Assembly (NCBI GenBank): GCA_043228905.1
Contig: JBHGNT010000011.1
Span: 13,392,001-13,456,000 of the forward strand
Direction: 5' to 3'
Length of the DNA stretch: 64,000 bases
Source of the DNA: Azolla caroliniana
Lineage: Eukaryota; Plantae; Polypodiophyta
Shown: piece by piece, positions 26,093-35,211 of the stretch
Position numbering within the stretch: the stretch's first letter is position 1
How the letters are laid out: the number at the start of each line of letters is the position of its first letter
Position numbers and translations under genes: made by a program
Notes under the pieces: model-generated
The model's input: only the letters and a program-made list of their open reading frames with translations
Databases searched by the model: none
What the model was told of the DNA's origin: nothing

Positions 26093-26719
26093 TGTCGAAA
26101 TTCCGTGCTCGGCCACAACCGAGGAACAGGATCGATTCACAGAAAACGGAAAATACAACAATGCACGAAAAACAATAGAGAGAAGGGCACACTGAATGTT
26201 TTACGTGGAAAACCCTAAATGGTAAAAACGACGGGAGTGCAAGACTCCAACTATCACTATACGCGGGAATGTACAATGGCGAGCTGCAAGGCGACGACCT
26301 TGAGCTCGCTGTCCTCGCCACAGGCGGCGGTATTACACAGAGGCGTCGACCTCTTCCTTCCTCCTTCTCTCTCACTCTCACTCGGCTGCTCTCACTTCGC
26401 TCCCTCTTAGTGGAAAAACAGAAAAATGAGCAACAACCTAGATAACTGTTTGCCCTAAGTCATATTTATACACATATGACTTTCGGGCTATTTACAAATA
26501 TAGCCTCAAGGGCTCTTGGCAAACATATTCACAAATATGTCTCCGCATCTGTATCTCTCTCCGGGTACATTCGTCATCCGGCTCCGTAACCGGGGTCTTC
26601 ATCATCCGGCTCCGTAGCCGGGGTCTTCATCATCCGGCTCCGTAACCGCAACCGGGCTTGCCGTCATTCATCTCCGGACATCCCATCCGGAGGGACCGAA
26701 ATCCCAACAAACTCCCCCT

Positions 26720-28549
26720 TCAATTCGGCATGGGATGTCTCTCCAGTCCGATCCTCTTCCGGCATGCTTCCAGCTTGTCGGGTGTGAGCACCTTGGTCAG
26801 CATATCCGACCCGTTCTCGTCCGTGTGCACCTTCGTCAGCACGAACTCCTTGTCTTCTATCCTTTCCCGGATCCAGTGATATCTTCGCTGGATGTGCTTC
26901 GTCCGGGAGTGATAAGCCGCGTTCTTCGCAAGGTGGATGGCACTCTGACTGTCGCAGTAGAGTCGGTACTCCTCCTGCTGGATACCGAGCTCACTAATGA
27001 AGTCCTTCATCCATATTATTTCCTTGCCGGCTTCAACAGCCGCCATGTACTCCGCCTCCGTGGTTGACAACGCAACCGTCTTCTGCAGCCTCGACTGCCA
27101 TGAAACAGCTCCCCCTGCATACGTCATCACATACCCTGATGTGGACCGGCTGGTATCTGCATCAGCCGACATATCCGAATCGGTAAAGCCGTCGAGTTCG
27201 GGCTTACCGGAGCCGAATCGGAGGCACACGTTTGTCGTGCCCTTCAGGTATCGGAGTATCCATTTGGCCGCGTTCCAATGCTCTTTGCCAGGATTGCTCA
27301 TGTACCGGCTCACCACTCCGACTGCGTATCCAATGTCTGGTCTTGTACACACCATTGCGTACATCAAGCTTCCGATGGCAGAGGCATATGGCACTTTCAT
27401 CATGTCCTCCTTCTCAGCCTTTGTCTTGGGGCTTGGCTTGCTGGACAACTTGCAGTTTGCCGGGAGGGTTGACCCGACCGGTCTTGCTTCCGACATGTTG
27501 AACCGTTGAAGCACCTTTGTCACGTACTTCTCCTGTGACAGCCACAACTGCTTCTTCTTCCGGTCCCGGATGATGTGCGTCCCTAATATTTGCCTCGCCG
27601 GACCCAAGTCCTTCATTGAGAAGGTTCGGTGAAGAGCCTTCTTCAGCATCCGTATCTTGACCTGGTCCCGTCCGACGATCAACATGTCGTCCACGTACAG
27701 GAGGAGTATTAGAAAGTCTCCTCCTTCGAACTTCTTCACAAACACGCAGTGATCAGACTGCGTTTTGTGGTACCCTTCGTCGGTCATGAAGGAGTCGAAC
27801 TTCCGGTACCATTGCCGGGGAGCCTGCTTCAGTCCGTAAAGGCTCTTCTTCAACCGGCATACCAGGTGCTCCTTCCCTTTCTTCTCGAATCCTTCCGGTT
27901 GCTGCATGTAGATCTCTTCTTCGAGGTCACCGTGAAGGAATGCCGTCTTCACATCCATCTGTTCTACCTCGAGGTCCATGCTTGCCGCTATGCTCAGCAC
28001 CGTCCGGATGGAGGTCATCTTCACTACCGGGGCAAATATCTCGTCGAAGTCGACGCCCTTCTTCTGCTGAAACCCCTTCACCACGATCCGGGCTTTGTAT
28101 CTCGGGGGGTTTCCGGCATCTCCCGGTTTCAGCTTGAACACCCACTTGTTTCGAAGTGCCCGCTTTCCTTTCGGCAACTCCACAAGTTCATATGTGTGGT
28201 TCTCATGCAGGGAATCCATCTCGTCCTGCATGGCACTCAACCACCTGCGGCTCTGGGTGTCATGCTTTGCTTCTTCAAAGCTCTCCGGCTCCCCTTCGTC
28301 GGTTAGCAGCACGTGCTCTGGTTCCGGAAATCTCCGGGGGGCCCTTCTCTCTCTTAGAGGATATCTCCGTTCCGGAGCTTCGGTAACCGGCTCCTCCGTT
28401 TCCTCTTCATCCGAATCCATTTCGGGATCGGGGCCGGTTCCGGTATCAGTTTCATCTTCCTCGGCCGGTTCTGTTTCTTCACCGTCTTCGGCCGGATCCT
28501 CGAGTGCTAACCGGTCCCTTGCCGGTCGGGACTGCTCTTCGTAGAGTTG
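26720..28549 (-). pseudogene. pol: Copia C2 RT-RNaseH (3' part, open frame)
   Basis: 566-aa ORF with [21 protein letters not shown] and TEAEY. Confidence 0.92.
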
Positions 28550-28975
28550 TGTTACCGGCCGGCAAGGAGTCCAAAATACGGAGTGAAGGAATTAATTAGA
28601 TATGGTTGTAAATGAGCGTAGTGTGGACGGACGGACTGGAAACGGTATGCCGTTCCAGATCCGGACGGATCCCGAATAGGTGCGAGAGGCACCGTTTTGT
28701 ACTACGGGCCGGAAACCTATTTAAAGGCCCGGACCCCATTGTAATGACAGCGGATAATTAGTAAAGCTTATGTTGTTTATACTTCTGTCTTGATTTCCGT
28801 TCTGTAATCACTGTTATATCTTACGCGTGTAATTAACCAAAGCAATCTAATCGTGTAACTTACGTAAGTCGGTGTAATCGTTGAATCTTAATCCTTTGCC
28901 GTAATCACCCTTTGGTGAAGTGTCTCCGTGACACCTTGTGTTAGGCCTTGTCCGGCTAAGAGAATAACACAGTTT

Positions 28976-28986
28976 TGGCGACCACG
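28976..28986 (+). promoter_or_regulatory. PBS of E, probably tRNA-Arg(UCG)
   Basis: TGGCGACCAC(G), 6 nt after the LTR; plant tRNA-Arg UCG ends ..GTGGTCGCCA (recalled). Confidence 0.65.
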
Positions 28987-29020
28987 ATTCCTGCTTTCTC
29001 GCAGCGAACGACGGTAATGG

Positions 29021-32000
29021 ATGACTAGACCAACGCACGACTTGGTTACAGACCGAGCTCGACGCCTCGCCGAACGGCAAAGACGGCGTGAGACTTTCCA
29101 GCAAGCAGCGCAGGAAATTCCCTCGGATCGTTCGTTCTCCAACGAGATCCGGAGAGTGGCGGAGGAATCTCTCCGGTTACGGCAAACTCGCGACCAGGAC
29201 GACGGAAGCAGTCTAAGTAGTCTCCGGGAAACCGAACGACTCCTGGAGGCGCTGGCAAGCGGCGAAAACGAGGCAGAAGCCTTTTCAGCCTACGAATCGG
29301 ATTCCGAAGGGGGATACAGCGTGCACACGAACTACCGGAGCAGCAACGATACCCCCGGCGGCCTGGAAGACGACGGGTCGGATACCGTGCCGACTCCAGA
29401 ACCGGAACCGCAAACGGAAGCCGTCAACCCACCACCACCGGAAGTGGAAAAAGCAAAGCCACCAACACCAACGAAAGAGCCGGCAAAGGTACCGGAAGAA
29501 GAGCCGGAAAAAGAACCGGAAGAAGGACCGGCAGAAGAACCGGAAGGGGAACCGGAGAAAGAACCGGAAAAATATCAACAAACGCCACTAAACCGCGGCT
29601 TAATACTGGACGACGACATGCCGTTCCAATACTCAAAGTACCGCGATGATCCGGATGCGGAAGCGCATGTGGATGACTTCGAGCAGACATGGGAAGCAAA
29701 TCACACGTCCCAGCGAATGACACCGGAGGAAGAAGAACGCTCGAAGATAGCGGAATTCGGAGTCACGTTGGAGGGACCAGCGACACGATGGCGGCGGTCG
29801 CAGGACCCGGCGACCATCACAACATTTGCAGAATTAAAAGCAAAATTCTTGCATTTTTTCCACAAGGAGGTCGACCAGACGACAATGGTGGGCTTGTTTT
29901 ATACGATCCGGCAGGAGGCAGGGGAAAGCATACCCCAATTCGTCATCCGTTTCCAACGAATGCATAGCCAGCTTGCCCGTGCACCCCCGGAGGAGGAATT
30001 ACGAACGATATTTTTAAACGCACTCCGGGAACCGTTACGCACGGTGTGTACGGTGATCGACTTTCGAGGATGCACCATCGATCAGGTCATTGACCGGGTC
30101 AGAGAAATGGAAAAGACAAGCTCATGGCTTACGCTGGGAACACTGCAACGGGCGTTACCCACCGAGGAAGATCTCCGGTTCCGGCAGGCAATTCAATGCA
30201 CAATCTGCTTGAACGCCGGACACTCGGCAGTAGAGTGCACCATGCGCACTCAGTGTGTGATTTGTCAATCCAAGAGTCATACAACGGACCGGTGCGAGTA
30301 TAACCTGTTAAACCGACAAGCACCACCCGTCCGACGGATCGAGCCAAGAAGTAGCCAAGACGAAGATGAAGATCGTTGGCAAAAAATGAACCGGTACCGA
30401 CCGGCACAGGATGTCCGGTACGGAGACAGGCAAGAGAATGATGGCCGGTACGGGAATCGGCGTGATAACTACGACCGGTATGAGCGATCAGACCATTATC
30501 GGGAGCCCAACAGACGACACGAGCAATACGACAGAGACCATTCCCCGGGTTACCGAAGGCACCAGGAGGACTACGGCCGATTTTACGATCTACCACGACC
30601 GGACTACCGAAATAAACATAAGAATAATAAGAAACGTAATTTCAAGAAAGGTGGTCACCCTAGGGACCCGGAACATGGAACCCCAAGGAGCCAACCGGCA
30701 CAGAACGCACCACTCGCTACGGGACCGACTCCGGCTAACAGCAATGCTGAATCCAGCAATACCCGTAAAGAGTACTGCTACTACTGCAGGCAGGAAGGCC
30801 ACTACAGTAACCAGTGCCCGGTAAAGAGCTACGAGAAACGACCAGCAGTTAATATGGTGGTTCCGGAAGTGGCGGATTTACAGCAAGTAACCACACGGTC
30901 GAAAGGCATGGCCAAAGAGTGGGAAACACAAGAGGCCATACGAAAACAGGCGACGGAATGGGTGAAGGAAGCCAATGAAAAGAACGTCGCGGACGCGGAA
31001 CGGCAAAAGGCAAATAGCATAGGGAGTGCCGGCGGTAGCCACCCAGAAAACGAGACATGGCAAGCACTACAAGAATGTCAGATCACGTTACCATTAGGAA
31101 GACTCTTGCAGCTCGTGCCGCGATTCACAGAAGGACTAAAAACGGTCATGACAGACGGTATAGCTCCACCGGCACCAGTCCTTTTCTCGAATCCGGAGGA
31201 GGGACCGACGGTGGTGGACACTAGTAGTCTGGTGATCACAGCTATTGTCAAAGGGCACGAACTTCCCGGCACAGTAATCGATGGAGGTTCCGGAGTGAAC
31301 GTAATAAGCCTTCGCACGTGTGATGCCTTGGGTATACATGAATGGGAGCCATGTCCGTTCTGGCTACGGATGGCGGATACGAGCTCTGTACGGCCGACGG
31401 GCTTAATACGGAAATTGGAAGTCACCATAGGAGGCCACACATTTCACATCTCGGCTGTAGTGCTGCAGCTACAGGCGCAAGGCGCGTACCCACTGCTGCT
31501 GGGCAGACCATGGTTGAAAACAGCACACATCAAGCAAAATTGGCGAAAAAATATGATTACCTTCCAGCGCGGAAAAGTCAAGGTCCGGGTACCGACACAA
31601 CCACGGACGAGCAACGGTAAGGAATGCACACCGCTGTATGCGGAATGTGTGAACATGCTTGAAGGATTGGCAGACGACGAAGAAGCCCAGTACTTGGAGG
31701 AACATCCGAAGATCGTACCACTCTTCGAGATTGACGTAGCTGAAGCCGTAGCCGCATACTTGCCGCAGCGGGACGACACCGAAGCCGAACCAGACAAAGA
31801 TGCGATTCGGGAATTACGGCAAGCACAGGAAGCATTGGAACGGGAAATGGCCGTTTCCCAACGGGTAAAAGCATCCCAGCTCGACGAAGTGAACCTAGGA
31901 AGCAAGGACGAATCAAAGCCGGTACACATCGCCAAAGAAATGAAGCCGGAAGATAAAGCGGCGATGATCAAACTTCTCACGGAGTTTCGCGACGTATTCG

Positions 32001-34831
32001 CCTGGTCATACGAAGACATGCGAGGGCTGGACCCTCAATTATATCAGCATCAGATCCACCTAGGCAAGGACGCGAAACCAGTGGCGCAACGACGTTACCG
32101 AATGAACCCCAACAACGCCGCCAAAGTAAAAGAGGAAATCGACAAACTCCTAAGAGTGGGCTTCATCCGGCCGGTAAAGAAAGCGACGTGGCTGAGCCCC
32201 ATCGTCGTCGTCCCCAAGAAGAACGGTAAAATCCGTGTGTGTGTTGATTACAGGAAACTAAATGCCGCCACAATTACGGATGCATTCCCTCTTCCGTTCA
32301 CGGACGGAGTACTGGATGCCGTCGCCGGTCATGAAGTTTATAGCTTTTTAGACGGGTTCAGCGGGTACAATCAAATCCGGATGCACCCGGACGACCAGGA
32401 AAAGACAGCGTTCGTCACCGAATGGGGGGTGTTCGTGGCCGAAGTCATGATGTTCGGCCTAAAAACGGCACCAGCAACGTTCCAGCGAATCATCATGGAG
32501 ATCTTCGGCGAATACATTCCTGCCTTCATGCAAGTTTTCCTGGATGATTTTGCAGTTTATAGCCGGGGAAAAGACCATTTGCAGCACCTACGGTTATGCC
32601 TTGAAAAGTGTAGGTTATACCGGCTAAGCTTAAACCCAGCAAAATGCATCTTTGGGGTTTCAAGTGGAATATTGCTGGGACACATTGTAAGTAAGGAGGG
32701 CATTGCGGTCGACCCGGACAAAGTAAACGCCATACTAGGGGCACCGGCGCCGAAAACGGCCAAAGCACTAAGCCGATTCCTAGGACAAATCCGGTGGCAC
32801 AGCCGGATGCTCCGTCACTTGGCGGACTTGGCGACACCATTACACACCGCGGTACATCGGACACCGTTCCAATGGACGGAGACCGAGGATAAGGCATACA
32901 ATGCCCTGAAGGTACTTTTGTCTCAAGCACCTGTCGTACAGCCTCCGGATTGGAGCAAGGAATTTCACGTGTTCGTGGACGCGTCCGACATCGCTATTGG
33001 CAGCGCCTTAATGCAACTTACGGAGCCTAAATGGTACCGGCCGGTATATTACGCCAGCCGGAAACTATCCCAAGCGGAGAAGAACTATTCGACGACGGAA
33101 CGGGAGGCCCTGGGCATGATCTACAGTGTAACAAAGTTTCGTCACTACCTATTGGGAAGGAAGTTCTCCTTCCATGTGGATCACTCGGCGCTCCTCTACT
33201 TAGTTTCCAAGGCGTCCCTGACCAGTAAGTTGGCCCGTTGGACCTTACTGTTGCAGGAGTTCGAATTCGAGATTTTCCACCGGCCCGGTATCCAGCATGC
33301 CGTAGCAGACTACCTGAGCCGGTTAGAGTCCGGAGAACCAGGCGACGGAGTAGCGGATGAATTCCCGGACGCGGAGTTATTCCGTATCACCCCGGAGACG
33401 GCAGCGGACGACACGGTGGCATCAGAAGATAAATGGCTGACAAACATGCACCAGTTCCTAAGCACGGGCCTGCCACCGGAGGAAATGAACCGGGACGAGA
33501 GGAAACGACTGGCGGTGCAGAGCCGCAATTTCTGTCTGTTACGGGACACTCTCTACCACAAAGGAGCAGATGGAATATGGAGACGGGCAGTCCGTAGTGA
33601 CGAGAAAGAAGTAATCTTACGGGAAGCACACTGTGAGGTTGCCGGAGGACACTATGCCGGGGAAGCGACGGCAAGAAAGGTATGGCAGAGCGGCCTATGG
33701 TGGCCCACGACGCTAAAAGATGCCGTCAAGTATGCTAAGGAATGTGACCTATGCCAACGAATGGGCCAGCCTACGGAGCAAGCACGGATGCCACACCAAC
33801 CGGTACTTCCACTAGAGCCATTCCAAAAGTGGGGGTTGGATTTTGTCGGACCGTTCAAGCCGCCGGCAATGAGAACGGGTAATCGTTATGTCATCGTGGC
33901 AACGGATTATTGCACTAAATGGGTGGAAGCTAAGGCCCTGAGAGACAACACCGCGGCATCCACAGCAAAATTCCTGTACGAAAACATTTGGTGCCGATAT
34001 GGATGTCCGATTGAATTAATCAGCGACCAAGGAGGCCACTTCCTCGGCCAGGTAGTGGAAAGCTTAACAACGTTCTATGCCGTGGTCCATAAAAGAAGCA
34101 CACCGTATTACCCACAGGCGAACGGGTTAGCAGAGTCCACCAACAAAACGCTGCAGAACATTCTCCGCAAAATTGTCAATGAAAACCGGACGGACTGGGA
34201 CACAAAGCTCCATAGTGCGCTATGGGCGTACAGAACGGCATACAAAACAAGTATCCGGACAACGCCGTTCCGGTTAGCATTCGGCTTAGAAGCGGTCATG
34301 CCGGTCGAGTTTCAGGTACCAAGCTTACGGATCCAACTACGGGAACGGCTGAATGAAAAGAAGTCGGAGGAAATACGGCTAGCAGCACTATGCGAACTGG
34401 AGGAGCAACGGCTGGCCAGCATCCTACACATGGAACTGGAGCAACGACGACAGAAAGCGTTCGTTGACCGTCACCGGAAAGGTAATGAGAAGATGTTCGA
34501 AATCGGAAAGCCGGTGCTAGTATTCCAAACGAGGATGGGCAAGATGCCGGGTAAACTCCGGTTCAGATGGACAGGCCCGTATTGGCTGACACGGGAATAC
34601 AACGGGTCCTATCAGATAGGGACACTTGCCGGGGAAGTACTAGGCAAGTGGGTGAATGGATTTCGACTAAAGCCCTATAAAGGACCGATGCCAAAGAACC
34701 CGTTTATGCAGCTCACCGGCACTACACCAGGAACCTGTCCGGGATCGGTACGGATCGATCCGGAAGAAAAAGATGACACGGCAACCCGTAAGGAAAACGG
34801 TCAGGGTCCGAAGGGACCTACGGATGTGTAA
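29021..34831 (+). CDS. gag-pol: Gag-Pol polyprotein of E, 1936 aa
   Basis: Three CCHC knuckles, protease IDGGSGVN, RT FLDDF, RNase H FVDASD, integrase HHCC/DDE and WTGPY. No chromodomain or second RNase H seen. Confidence 0.96.
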   Translation: MTRPTHDLVTDRARRLAERQRRRETFQQAAQEIPSDRSFSNEIRRVAEESLRLRQTRDQDDGSSLSSLRETERLLEALASGENEAEAFSAYESDSEGGYSVHTNYRSSNDTPGGLEDDGSDTVPTPEPEPQTEAVNPPPPEVEKAKPPTPTKEPAKVPEEEPEKEPEEGPAEEPEGEPEKEPEKYQQTPLNRGLILDDDMPFQYSKYRDDPDAEAHVDDFEQTWEANHTSQRMTPEEEERSKIAEFGVTLEGPATRWRRSQDPATITTFAELKAKFLHFFHKEVDQTTMVGLFYTIRQEAGESIPQFVIRFQRMHSQLARAPPEEELRTIFLNALREPLRTVCTVIDFRGCTIDQVIDRVREMEKTSSWLTLGTLQRALPTEEDLRFRQAIQCTICLNAGHSAVECTMRTQCVICQSKSHTTDRCEYNLLNRQAPPVRRIEPRSSQDEDEDRWQKMNRYRPAQDVRYGDRQENDGRYGNRRDNYDRYERSDHYREPNRRHEQYDRDHSPGYRRHQEDYGRFYDLPRPDYRNKHKNNKKRNFKKGGHPRDPEHGTPRSQPAQNAPLATGPTPANSNAESSNTRKEYCYYCRQEGHYSNQCPVKSYEKRPAVNMVVPEVADLQQVTTRSKGMAKEWETQEAIRKQATEWVKEANEKNVADAERQKANSIGSAGGSHPENETWQALQECQITLPLGRLLQLVPRFTEGLKTVMTDGIAPPAPVLFSNPEEGPTVVDTSSLVITAIVKGHELPGTVIDGGSGVNVISLRTCDALGIHEWEPCPFWLRMADTSSVRPTGLIRKLEVTIGGHTFHISAVVLQLQAQGAYPLLLGRPWLKTAHIKQNWRKNMITFQRGKVKVRVPTQPRTSNGKECTPLYAECVNMLEGLADDEEAQYLEEHPKIVPLFEIDVAEAVAAYLPQRDDTEAEPDKDAIRELRQAQEALEREMAVSQRVKASQLDEVNLGSKDESKPVHIAKEMKPEDKAAMIKLLTEFRDVFAWSYEDMRGLDPQLYQHQIHLGKDAKPVAQRRYRMNPNNAAKVKEEIDKLLRVGFIRPVKKATWLSPIVVVPKKNGKIRVCVDYRKLNAATITDAFPLPFTDGVLDAVAGHEVYSFLDGFSGYNQIRMHPDDQEKTAFVTEWGVFVAEVMMFGLKTAPATFQRIIMEIFGEYIPAFMQVFLDDFAVYSRGKDHLQHLRLCLEKCRLYRLSLNPAKCIFGVSSGILLGHIVSKEGIAVDPDKVNAILGAPAPKTAKALSRFLGQIRWHSRMLRHLADLATPLHTAVHRTPFQWTETEDKAYNALKVLLSQAPVVQPPDWSKEFHVFVDASDIAIGSALMQLTEPKWYRPVYYASRKLSQAEKNYSTTEREALGMIYSVTKFRHYLLGRKFSFHVDHSALLYLVSKASLTSKLARWTLLLQEFEFEIFHRPGIQHAVADYLSRLESGEPGDGVADEFPDAELFRITPETAADDTVASEDKWLTNMHQFLSTGLPPEEMNRDERKRLAVQSRNFCLLRDTLYHKGADGIWRRAVRSDEKEVILREAHCEVAGGHYAGEATARKVWQSGLWWPTTLKDAVKYAKECDLCQRMGQPTEQARMPHQPVLPLEPFQKWGLDFVGPFKPPAMRTGNRYVIVATDYCTKWVEAKALRDNTAASTAKFLYENIWCRYGCPIELISDQGGHFLGQVVESLTTFYAVVHKRSTPYYPQANGLAESTNKTLQNILRKIVNENRTDWDTKLHSALWAYRTAYKTSIRTTPFRLAFGLEAVMPVEFQVPSLRIQLRERLNEKKSEEIRLAALCELEEQRLASILHMELEQRRQKAFVDRHRKGNEKMFEIGKPVLVFQTRMGKMPGKLRFRWTGPYWLTREYNGSYQIGTLAGEVLGKWVNGFRLKPYKGPMPKNPFMQLTGTTPGTCPGSVRIDPEEKDDTATRKENGQGPKGPTDV

Positions 34832-34850
34832 GGTCACACACCGTCATTAA

Positions 34851-34855
<5 letters not shown>

Positions 34856-34884
<29 letters not shown>
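34856..34884 (+). repeat. A29 tract between pol and ORF3
   Basis: 29 consecutive A; A8GA10 occurs at the equivalent position in G (58347-58365). Confidence 0.9.
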
Positions 34885-34888
<4 letters not shown>

Positions 34889-35211
34889 TAAAAATCGAGG
34901 TATGAACGGGTGTGAAAGCGAGGCGCGAAAAGGTACGTAGTGGGCATTTAAGAGACGCCACGCTACTTAATACTAAATTGGTACACGACGTGTGCATGCT
35001 CGAAAAAGGCGCCAAAACGCACAAAGAAGAAGCAGAACGCATGGAGACCTTTTCATTTCGCGAGCCAAGAAGCACAGAAGCACCAAGACAGTGGAAGCTG
35101 AGCAAACGCGAACCTGCACGCAGAGAACCCCCGCGCTCAGAACGCTCTCTCTCTCGCTCTCACTCTCATCACCACTCTACCTCGCCATCTTCCCTCGACC
35201 TTGAAGCAGAC

